32,000 nucleotides of DNA. It comes from an uncultured Cardiobacteriaceae bacterium (GTDB lineage: Bacteria; Pseudomonadota; Gammaproteobacteria; Cardiobacteriales; Cardiobacteriaceae). The translations under genes were made by a program, and so were the position numbers. The stretch covers positions 45,876 to 77,875 of the forward strand of contig CAUSQL010000002.1 of NCBI GenBank assembly GCA_963533935.1, written 5' to 3'. The notes beneath the pieces are model-generated. The model searched no databases. It was not told the origin of the DNA and saw only the letters and a list, made by a program, of their open reading frames with translations. Positions 18,466-25,620 of the stretch are shown piece after piece; within the stretch, counting starts at the first letter, position 1; each line of letters begins with the position of its first letter.

Positions 18466-18505
18466 TGCCATTACTCCGTTAAGCACAGGACTTCATTATA
18501 TATTA

Positions 18506-18529
18506 ACGGCGAACCCGTGGGTTCGCCGT
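18506..18529 (-). terminator. GC-rich hairpin between nirK and the sco fusion gene (possible partial terminator/processing site)
   Basis: acggcgaaccc-gtg-ggttcgccgt. On the minus strand it is followed by ttaatatataat (weak U-tract, which also contains a TATAAT-like -10). Confidence 0.45.
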
Positions 18530-18562
18530 CTCTGTTTTTCCAAATCAGCCGCTAGGCTTTTA

Positions 18563-19822
18563 TTACTTGGCTTCTTCTTTCTTCTCTTCAGATTTAGCCT
18601 CAGCCTTGTCATCGGCTTTAGCATCTTCCTTCGGAGCTGCCTTGTCATCGTCTTTCGCCTTGTCCGGAGAAGTAACTTCAGAAACCTTGGCGCCCTTAGA
18701 AGGGTGTGGTGCTTCCAATTGCTCCATCAGGTTGTTATTCCACTTGCCGTCCACCTTAACCAGCGCTAGGGCACCCAAGCTCACGCCCTCGATGAGGTTG
18801 TGGTTCAAATAGGTGTAAACGCCCGGCTGCTTGAAGGTGTACATGGCAGCACCCGCAGAACCGGCGGCAATGTTCCAAGTTTCCAGGTCTTGGGCCGGCT
18901 TGTCAGCCAGGTTACCGCGTTCCCACACGTATTCGCCATGGCCACCTATCAGGTGCGGATAGCTGTAGCGGTTGGCTTGGGAGTGGTAGAACATGACCGT
19001 TTCACCCACTTTTGCAGTTAGGGCGTTATCGCCGGTGTAGGCGCCTTTCCGCTCGCCGAAGATAATGTGGGTTGGGGTCAGAGCGTTCATGACCTTAATA
19101 TCGTCAGCGAAGCTCTGGTCGGCGCGGGCATAGCGCTTGTACTTGCCGTCCTTATCCTTAGGAATGTAGTAATCCTGTTCGCCGATGTAGTAGGCCTTGT
19201 CGTATTTCAACGGGTTGCCGTCCTTGTCCTTCAGACCGTCCTTCGGTAGTACCACTACGGCGCCGTTCATGCCGTGAACCACGTGCCAGGGAATCATCAG
19301 GCCGCCGGGGGCGCAGTGATAAATGTGCACGCCGGGCTTAATGGCTTTCCAACGCACTTTCACTTCCTGGCCGGGCATTACGTGGGTAAGTTCGCCGGCA
19401 CCTAGAGCGCCCGTGGAGGCGTGGAAGTCAATGTTGTGCACCAGCTTGTTGGACGGGTCATTCTTCAGGGTCAATTCAACGTAATCACCCTCGTGTACCA
19501 CCATTAGCGGGCCCGGCACGCTGTCATTGAAGGCAAAGGCCCACATGAACACGCCCGGTTCAACTTCAATTTCCTTCTCCTTGATGTTCATCTCGAACTG
19601 GACAACCCGAGGCTTGGCTGGCGTTTCCAGGCTGTGCTCGTGAACGAAGGGCGGCTTAACCAGATCAACTTTAACCCGCTCCAATTTATCGAAGTCGGCG
19701 GGCACCTGCTCACCCACCTCATAGCCGGGTAGACCGCCGGTGGTGGAAGTTACCGCGTCGGCAGCAAAGCTGCTCCCCAGAGAGGCGGCGAAGATGATGC
19801 TAGCTAATAGCGTCTTTTTCAT
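18563..19822 (-). CDS. nirK: Copper-containing nitrite reductase (NirK, AniA-type) with a charged C-terminal tail
   Basis: 419 aa with a Sec signal peptide. Cu ligand motifs HNIDFHAS, YHCAPGGLMIPWHVVHGMNG, HLIGGHGEYVW and LNHNLIE are present. The C-terminal ~45 aa are a Lys/Asp/Glu/Ala-rich extension. AGGTG SD upstream. Confidence 0.95.
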   Translation of the reverse strand: MKKTLLASIIFAASLGSSFAADAVTSTTGGLPGYEVGEQVPADFDKLERVKVDLVKPPFVHEHSLETPAKPRVVQFEMNIKEKEIEVEPGVFMWAFAFNDSVPGPLMVVHEGDYVELTLKNDPSNKLVHNIDFHASTGALGAGELTHVMPGQEVKVRWKAIKPGVHIYHCAPGGLMIPWHVVHGMNGAVVVLPKDGLKDKDGNPLKYDKAYYIGEQDYYIPKDKDGKYKRYARADQSFADDIKVMNALTPTHIIFGERKGAYTGDNALTAKVGETVMFYHSQANRYSYPHLIGGHGEYVWERGNLADKPAQDLETWNIAAGSAGAAMYTFKQPGVYTYLNHNLIEGVSLGALALVKVDGKWNNNLMEQLEAPHPSKGAKVSEVTSPDKAKDDDKAAPKEDAKADDKAEAKSEEKKEEAK

Positions 19823-19977
19823 AGTTACACCTATTTATTGTTGAGTGGAAAGGAGCCTTTATTTTAATGGATTTATTGCTGCCTATTTAATAAAGCTGAG
19901 CCTTCTTTATATTAATTTTTCTTGACGGAAATTAATTTTTTCCCGCCAAGGAAAATCCCGCCATTAATTCATAAATA

Positions 19978-20018
19978 TAAATACAACAGGGCGCTTCCCA
20001 TGTATGTAAGTATTAATT
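19978..20018. repeat. Degenerate left half-copy R6 of the repeat, inside the nirK-norB control region
   Basis: aaatacaacagggcgcttcccatgtatgtaagtattaatt aligns to tttacaaacggacgggcgcttcccctgtatgta...ttaatt with deletions. Confidence 0.55.
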
Positions 20019-20048
20019 GGTTTTTTAATCGAATTAATTGCTGGCGGA

Positions 20049-20067
20049 GTAATAATTTTTAAATTAC
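20049..20067. promoter_or_regulatory. AT-rich palindrome overlapping a putative norB -35 (candidate repressor operator)
   Basis: gtaat-aatttttaa-attac. A putative promoter is TTTAAA (20058-20063), 17 nt, then TAGAAT (20081-20086). The ATTTxAAAT-like centre resembles NsrR-type operators, but the match is weak. Confidence 0.3.
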
Positions 20068-20100
20068 GAGCCAGTAATGCTAGAATTTTGCCCGGGTAAG

Positions 20101-20150
20101 GCGACCTAAATTTTCCGAGTTAACTCCTTGATTTAGGTGCTTTTTTTATT
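20101..20150 (+). promoter_or_regulatory. Terminator-like hairpin plus T7 run in the norB 5' leader
   Basis: gcgacctaaat ... atttaggtgc (10 bp with one bulge) followed by tttttttatt. It ends 6 nt before the norB GGAGG SD. Confidence 0.35.
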
Positions 20151-20164
20151 CTTTCGGAGGCAAT

Positions 20165-22567
20165 ATGAACTCATATAAAAGACTCTGGGCAATTCTAGCG
20201 GTGCTAGTGTTCGGGTCATTCATACTTCTCGGCCTATTGGGCAAGGAAATCTATAACGAGAAGCCGCCGGTTCCCGAAGCATTCGTAACGGAAAGCGGCG
20301 AAACCATAATCACCAAACAGGACATCATGGACGGCCAGAGCGCCTGGCTATCCATCGGTGGCATGTCCGTTGGTTCCGTCTGGGGCCACGGGGCCTACCA
20401 GGCGCCGGACTGGACCGCCGACTGGATTCACCGGGAGGTGAGCAGCTGGCTGGATAAGCATTCCCAGCAATTAAACGGCAAACCCTTCAGTGAGCTGAGC
20501 GAGCGGGAACAGCAGCCCTTAATCTACGACGCCAAGGAAGCCTTCCGCACCAACACCTGGAACCCGGAAACCAACACGGTAACCCTATCTAAGGAGCGGG
20601 TGGAGAGCTTTAAGGAAATCAGCGCCTACTACGACAAGTTGTTCGGCGATGACCCTAGCCTGCAAAAAACTCGGGAACACTTCGCCATGAAGGAAGGTAC
20701 GCTGAAGGAAGCCGACCAGCGGGAAAAACTCAATAAGTTCTTTTTCTGGAGCGCCTGGGCCGCGTCCACCAACCGGCCCGGTTTGGACGTTACCTACACC
20801 AACAACTGGCCCCATGAGAAGCTAATCGGCAACGAACCAACGGCGGAAAACGTCATCTGGTCGTTGGCCTCGGTGGTAACGCTAATCTTCGGTGTCGGTT
20901 CAGTTATCTGGATTTGGGCATTCTTTACGAAGCACGACCACGAGGAGCCAGCTACTCCCACCCAAGACCCGCTGGCCATGGTTAAGCTCACCCCGTCGCA
21001 GAAAGCGTTGGGCAAATACGTGTTTATCGTTGCGGTCCTCTTCCTGGTGCAGGTGCTGCTCGGCGGCGTTACCGCCCACTACACGGTGGAAGGACAGAAT
21101 TTCTACGGCATTCCCATCTCGGAACTGCTGCCCTACAGCCTAACCCGCACCTGGCACATTCAATCGGCCATCTTCTGGATTGCCACCGGCTTCCTGGCTG
21201 CCGGCCTGTTCCTGGTGCCCATCATTAACGGCGGCAAGGACCCCAAATTCCAAAAACTCGGTGTGGATTTGCTGTTCTGGGCCCTAATTGTTGTGGTGGC
21301 CGGCTCCTTCCTCGGCCAATTTGTCGCCCTGAAGGGCTGGCTGAAGGGCACGGCTAACTTCTGGTTCGGCCACCAGGGCTATGAGTTCGTGGAACTTGGT
21401 CGCCTCTGGCAGATTGCCCTATTCGCCGGTTTGGTCTTCTGGCTAATCCTCATGCTGCGCGGCATCTGGGCGGCCATCAAGAACAAGGGCGAGGACAACA
21501 ACCTGTTGATTCTCTTCACCATTGCCGCCGCGGCCATCGGCCTGTTCTACGCCCCGGCCCTAATGTACGGCGAACACACCCACATTTCGGTCATGGAATA
21601 CTGGCGCTGGTGGGTGGTGCACCTGTGGGTGGAAGGCTTCTTTGAAGTATTTGCCACCTCGGCCATGGGCTTTATCTTCTGCTCCATGGGTCTGGTGAAT
21701 AAGCGCCAAGCCACCTGTGCGGCCCTTATGGCGGCCATGATGTTCATGATTGGCGGCATTCCCGGCACCTTCCACCACATATATTTCTCCGGTACCACTA
21801 CGCCGGTGATGGCGGTTGGTGCCATGTTCTCGGCGCTGGAAGTGGTACCACTGGTGCTGCTTGGCTATGACGCCTTTGAAAACTGGACCTACCAGCGGAA
21901 AACCGAGTGGATGAAGCCCATGCGTTGGCCTTTGACCTTCTTCATTGCCGTGGCCTTCTGGAACATGTTGGGCGCCGGCGTGTTTGGTTTCCTCATTAAC
22001 CCGCCCATCTCGCTCTACTATCTACAGGGCTTGAACACTACGGCGAACCACGGCCACGCCTCGCTCTTTGGCGTGTACGGCTTCCTGGCCCTGGGCTTTG
22101 CTCTGATGGTGCTGCGCTACATTCGCCCCAACTACCTGTTCCACCATAAGCGCATGCTTGGCGCCTTCTGGTGCTTGAACATCGGTCTGGTGCTCATGCT
22201 GTTCACCTCGCTGCTGCCGGTGGGCATCATTCAGGCGCACGCGACCATCACTAAGGGTCTGTGGTATGCCCGCGGTGAAGAGTTCATGCAGTCAGACATA
22301 CTGCAAACTCTGCGCTGGATTCGCACCCTCGGCGACTTTGTCTTCATCGCCGGCGCTGGCTTCTATCTCTTCGAGGTGTGGAAAGCTCTTACCAGCCGGG
22401 GCCCAGAAGATAGCGAACCCATTAAAGGTTTCGTCCCCAATCTGCTCGCCATCTTCCTCGGCAAAAGACCCGCGTCAGCCGCTGCGGTAACTACCGCAAA
22501 AACGGCTGCGGACGAGAAGGAAGGTTCCTGCTGTTCCGGTGGCAACTGCGCCGGCAAGAGCAGCTAA
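20165..22567 (+). CDS. norB: Quinol-dependent nitric oxide reductase (qNor, single-subunit NorB/NorZ) with a Cys-rich C-terminal tail
   Basis: 800 aa. One N-terminal TM helix plus a ~200-aa periplasmic domain without CxxCH, then a heme-copper-oxidase-like core (WWVVHLWVEGFFE, FHHIYFSG). GGAGG SD upstream. The tail ends GSCCSGGNCAGKSS. Confidence 0.95.
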   Translation: MNSYKRLWAILAVLVFGSFILLGLLGKEIYNEKPPVPEAFVTESGETIITKQDIMDGQSAWLSIGGMSVGSVWGHGAYQAPDWTADWIHREVSSWLDKHSQQLNGKPFSELSEREQQPLIYDAKEAFRTNTWNPETNTVTLSKERVESFKEISAYYDKLFGDDPSLQKTREHFAMKEGTLKEADQREKLNKFFFWSAWAASTNRPGLDVTYTNNWPHEKLIGNEPTAENVIWSLASVVTLIFGVGSVIWIWAFFTKHDHEEPATPTQDPLAMVKLTPSQKALGKYVFIVAVLFLVQVLLGGVTAHYTVEGQNFYGIPISELLPYSLTRTWHIQSAIFWIATGFLAAGLFLVPIINGGKDPKFQKLGVDLLFWALIVVVAGSFLGQFVALKGWLKGTANFWFGHQGYEFVELGRLWQIALFAGLVFWLILMLRGIWAAIKNKGEDNNLLILFTIAAAAIGLFYAPALMYGEHTHISVMEYWRWWVVHLWVEGFFEVFATSAMGFIFCSMGLVNKRQATCAALMAAMMFMIGGIPGTFHHIYFSGTTTPVMAVGAMFSALEVVPLVLLGYDAFENWTYQRKTEWMKPMRWPLTFFIAVAFWNMLGAGVFGFLINPPISLYYLQGLNTTANHGHASLFGVYGFLALGFALMVLRYIRPNYLFHHKRMLGAFWCLNIGLVLMLFTSLLPVGIIQAHATITKGLWYARGEEFMQSDILQTLRWIRTLGDFVFIAGAGFYLFEVWKALTSRGPEDSEPIKGFVPNLLAIFLGKRPASAAAVTTAKTAADEKEGSCCSGGNCAGKSS

Positions 22568-22589
22568 GAGCTAGCTTTTTGGCCAAAAG

Positions 22590-22620
22590 AGCCCCTCTCA
22601 TTGAGGGGCTTTTTTCTTTT
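22590..22620 (+). terminator. Rho-independent terminator after norB
   Basis: agcccctc-tcatt-gaggggct followed by tttttctttt. Confidence 0.85.
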
Positions 22621-22630
22621 GTCGGATTAA

Positions 22631-22759
22631 TTTACAAACGGACGGGCGGTTCTTCGCTGCGCTCAGGCTTCGCTTCCCCTGTATGTATTTAAGGCTTTAA
22701 TTACATACAGGGGAAGCGAAGCCTGAGCGCAGCGAAGAACCGCCCGTCCGTCGGTAAAT
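22631..22759. repeat. Nested-palindrome intergenic repeat R7 (core type 1, long module on both arms; near-perfect 129-bp palindrome)
   Basis: The 51-nt arms differ only at acaaacgg versus accgacgg. The core is ctgtatgtatttaaggctttaattacatacag. Confidence 0.95.
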
Positions 22760-22865
22760 ATTAATGGCCGTGGCGATTGGTCTTTCATTGGCCCACAAAA
22801 GTACCGTAATATGCGGCCCGGCCCCAGATTCTGGGATTTCTAATTAACTGCGCAGGAGCGTATTC

Positions 22866-23348
22866 ATGAGTAAAGCACATTACTATCACAGCCACATCCG
22901 CTGGGAGGGCAATTTGGGCAATGGCACCGCCGCCCAGGACAGCTATTCCCGCAATTTCATCGCGAAGGTGGCCGGCAAAGTTGATTTAAAGGCCTCGGCG
23001 GACAGCGCCTTCCAGGGCGACGGCGGCCGCTGGAACCCGGAGGACATGCTGCTAACCGCGGTGGCCGCCGGCCATAAGCTGCGCTATCTGCACCTCTGCG
23101 CCCTTAACAAGGTTAAGGTGCTGGCCTACAGCGACCTGGCCGAAGCCATGATGGACGAGGGCGACCCGCAGCGGCCCGGCCATTTCTGCTATGTGCGCCT
23201 GTCGCCCCAGGTGGTCATCGACGCCAACAGCAGCTTGGAACTGGCCCTGGCCCTCCATGAAGAAGCCAGCCGCCTCTGTTTCATGGCCAATTCGCTGAAT
23301 TGTCCCGTGCGCTGCGAACCGAAAATTAGCCAGGAAAAAGCCGCCTGA
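22866..23348 (+). CDS. OsmC/Ohr-family protein
   Basis: 160 aa with RWNPEDMLL and LCFMANSLNCPV motifs typical of the OsmC-like subfamily. The stop overlaps the next start (TGATG). Confidence 0.8.
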   Translation: MSKAHYYHSHIRWEGNLGNGTAAQDSYSRNFIAKVAGKVDLKASADSAFQGDGGRWNPEDMLLTAVAAGHKLRYLHLCALNKVKVLAYSDLAEAMMDEGDPQRPGHFCYVRLSPQVVIDANSSLELALALHEEASRLCFMANSLNCPVRCEPKISQEKAA

Positions 23349-24001
23349 TGCTCTTTTTCGGCGCCGCCGAACGGTTGCCGGCCGGAGCCCGTCTCTGTGC
23401 CGCCGCGCCGGCCGGCCATCATCTAATCTTTCGGGACGGCCTCTATCACCTGGCCGACGGCCAGGGCCGCCATAAGCCCTTAACCATTGACTTCCGTCGC
23501 CCGCCCTACAGCAACCGCCGCGGCAAGGAGTACCTGCCGCGGGCCTTCCGCGGCATTGAGGACATCGGCGACGGCACCGCCGGCTGGGGGCGGGACGGCT
23601 GGCTGCTGCACCAGCGCGGCTTTCGGGTCAGCTTCTACGAACGCAACGAATACCTAATTTTCCTGTTAAATCAGGCCATTAAGCTAATGGACGGCCCGGT
23701 GCCGGAACTCATCGCCGGCGACAGCGGCGAAAACCTCCGCGCCCACGAGGCCATCTACCTGGACCCCATGTTCCCGCCGCGGCCGAAGAGCGCCCAGGTG
23801 GGCAGGGAAATGCAGCTGTTGCAGCTGCTGTTGCCGGCGGAGCAGGGCGCCGAAGAGCTGTTCCAGCGGGCCCGGGCCCGGGCCCGGCGGCGGCTGGTGG
23901 TGAAGCGGCCCAGCTGGGCGGACTTTCTCGCCGGCGCGCGGCCCAGCTACAGCATCGAGGCGCCGAACACCCGCTATGACGTTTACCAAATCAACCCTTA
24001 A
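23348..24001 (+). CDS. rsmJ: 16S rRNA (guanine1516-N2)-methyltransferase RsmJ-like SAM-dependent methyltransferase
   Basis: 217 aa. DGTAGWGRDG and IYLDPMFP...K motifs align with E. coli RsmJ (DATAGLGRD, YLDPMFP). Confidence 0.8.
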   Translation: MLFFGAAERLPAGARLCAAAPAGHHLIFRDGLYHLADGQGRHKPLTIDFRRPPYSNRRGKEYLPRAFRGIEDIGDGTAGWGRDGWLLHQRGFRVSFYERNEYLIFLLNQAIKLMDGPVPELIAGDSGENLRAHEAIYLDPMFPPRPKSAQVGREMQLLQLLLPAEQGAEELFQRARARARRRLVVKRPSWADFLAGARPSYSIEAPNTRYDVYQINP

Positions 24002-24003
24002 CC

Positions 24004-24663
24004 ATGCGTAACCTAGATTTATCCTCACCCATCGCCCCGGTAAGTGCCGCCGAATGGCAGCAGTTACAAATCCTCGAACAAACCCTAAGGGAGCTGGCCG
24101 GCACCGGCTTCAACTATTTCTTTAAGGCCACGCCGCTGGGGCCGCTGCTGGTGGTTTACCGCTGGGACGGTCTAACAGCTCTAGAGTTTCCAGACTCCAA
24201 GGATTCCCACAAACTGCTACAGCAAATAGTCGCGGCCATACCCGGCACCGGCCTCAGCTATGACGCTGGCAGCAGCCTGGCCCGGCTTATTTCTTACCAG
24301 CTGGACGCCTATTTCTCCGGCGCCTTACGGGAATTCACCCTACCGCTCTATGAAGTGGGCACCTCCTTCCAGAAGCGGGTGTGGCAGTGTCTGCGCGGCA
24401 TCGGCTACGGCGAAACCATCTCCTACGCGGAGGAAAGCCGGCGGCTGGGCCAACCGCGGGCGGTGCGGGCCGTGGCGGCGGCTAATGGGCGCAACAAGAT
24501 TTCCATCGTCGTGCCCTGCCACCGGGTCATTGCCAGCACCGGCCAGCTGCACGGCTACGGCGGCGGCCTGGACCGTAAGGCGGCCCTGCTGAATCTGGAG
24601 CGCGGCCAGCCGCCGGCTCCGGCCACCAAGTGGCAGGCATTGAACGCCCTGCTGCGAGATTAA
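24004..24663 (+). CDS. ogt: Methylated-DNA-protein-cysteine methyltransferase
   Basis: 219 aa with the PCHRVI active site preceded by FQKRVWQCLRGIGYGETISY. Starts 2 nt after the rsmJ stop. Confidence 0.88.
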   Translation: MRNLDLSSPIAPVSAAEWQQLQILEQTLRELAGTGFNYFFKATPLGPLLVVYRWDGLTALEFPDSKDSHKLLQQIVAAIPGTGLSYDAGSSLARLISYQLDAYFSGALREFTLPLYEVGTSFQKRVWQCLRGIGYGETISYAEESRRLGQPRAVRAVAAANGRNKISIVVPCHRVIASTGQLHGYGGGLDRKAALLNLERGQPPAPATKWQALNALLRD

Positions 24664-24714
24664 AGGGAAAACGGTGGTTAATAGCCTGCCATTCTTCGAG
24701 TAAATCCATCTAAC

Positions 24715-24796
24715 TTTACCGACGGACGGGCGCTTTCCTTGTATGTTTAAAATGGCAAATAAACATACAAGGAAAGCGCCCGTCTGTTTGTATAAA
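24715..24796. repeat. Nested-palindrome intergenic repeat R8 (core type 2, short arms)
   Basis: tttaccgacggacgggcgctttccttgtatgtttaaaatggcaaataaacatacaaggaaagcgcccgtctgtttgtataaa. Confidence 0.9.
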
Positions 24797-24923
24797 GCAA
24801 ATATTAGCTGAACCACCTTAAAGCTCAGCCGAGCTCCAGGCGCGCCCCCGACAGGTAGCTATTTGCCGCAACCGTTAGGGCTCCTGGCCCATTAGGTGAA
24901 CCATTCATTGCCTAAATTTCCCA

Positions 24924-25003
24924 TTTACAAACGGACGGGCGCTTCTCTTGTATGTTTGTTTAATGTTTTAAACATACAAGAGAAGCGCCCGTCCGTCGGT
25001 AAA
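24924..25003. repeat. Nested-palindrome intergenic repeat R9 (core type 2, short arms, inverted relative to R8)
   Basis: tttacaaacggacgggcgcttctcttgtatgtttgtttaatgttttaaacatacaagagaagcgcccgtccgtcggtaaa. Confidence 0.9.
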
Positions 25004-25032
25004 CGGGGTCGCACTGCCCCTAAATCAATGTG

Positions 25033-25608
25033 CTAGTCGCGGAAAATCTTCAGTCGCGCTTCCAATGGCTGCTGTTCCTTGGCGCCGGCCGGGGCCGCAA
25101 TGCCGCCGAACACCATCTGCGCCTTCAGCGTCCAGGTCGCGGGCAGCTGCCACTGTTTCCGCACCTCTTCGTCGATTAGCGGGTTGTAGTGCTGGAGATT
25201 GGCGCCAATATCTACCGCCGCCAACGCCTCCCACAGGGCCAGCTGGTGCATGGCGTTGGCGTGTTCGGCCCAGACGGGGAAATTGGCGGCGTAGGTGGGC
25301 AGCTGCTCCTGCAGGCCCTTGATTACCGTCTCATCTTCAAAGAACAGCACTGTGCCGGCGCCGGCCTTGAAGCCCGCCAGCCGCTGGGCCGTGGCCGCAA
25401 AGTTCTCCGCTGGAACGATTTTCTTCAGGGCCTCCTCGGCGATTTGCCACAGCCGGTCGTGGTGGGCGCCCTGCAACAGCACCAGCCGGGTGGACTGGCT
25501 GTTAAAGGCCGACGGGGTTGCCAACACCACCCGCTCAAGGATTTTCTCCAGCTCCGCGCCGGCGGGCAGGTTTTTATTAAGGGCATAAATACTTCTACGA
25601 TTACTCAT
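25033..25608 (-). CDS. Nitroreductase-family protein
   Basis: 191 aa. N-terminal RRSIYAL and SAFNSQSTRLVLL are typical of NAD(P)H nitroreductase folds. Confidence 0.8.
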   Translation of the reverse strand: MSNRRSIYALNKNLPAGAELEKILERVVLATPSAFNSQSTRLVLLQGAHHDRLWQIAEEALKKIVPAENFAATAQRLAGFKAGAGTVLFFEDETVIKGLQEQLPTYAANFPVWAEHANAMHQLALWEALAAVDIGANLQHYNPLIDEEVRKQWQLPATWTLKAQMVFGGIAAPAGAKEQQPLEARLKIFRD

Positions 25609-25620
25609 GGTTCTCTCCGG

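Larger units (their letters stand above)
19823..20164. promoter_or_regulatory. Divergent nirK/norB control region (AT-rich, 342 bp)
   Basis: The start codons of both genes face outward. The region contains a degenerate repeat fragment, AT-rich palindromes and a leader hairpin. The regulator sites themselves are only tentative. Confidence 0.7.

Noticed and set aside
19922-19935. FNR-like box ttgacggaaattaa upstream of nirK.
   Set aside because: It matches 8/10 positions of TTGAT-N4-ATCAA, but I found no acceptable -10 hexamer at class II spacing (~22 nt downstream on the minus strand). Such half-matches are expected by chance in AT-rich sequence.
22678-22712. The repeat core ATGTATTT ... ATTACAT as NsrR half-sites, which would scatter NO-responsive operators around the genome.
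   Set aside because: Only one half (ATGTATTT) matches the ATGyATTT-N-AAATrCAT pattern. The spacing and second half are wrong, and type-2 cores lack it altogether. The resemblance is most simply explained by AT-rich hairpin composition.
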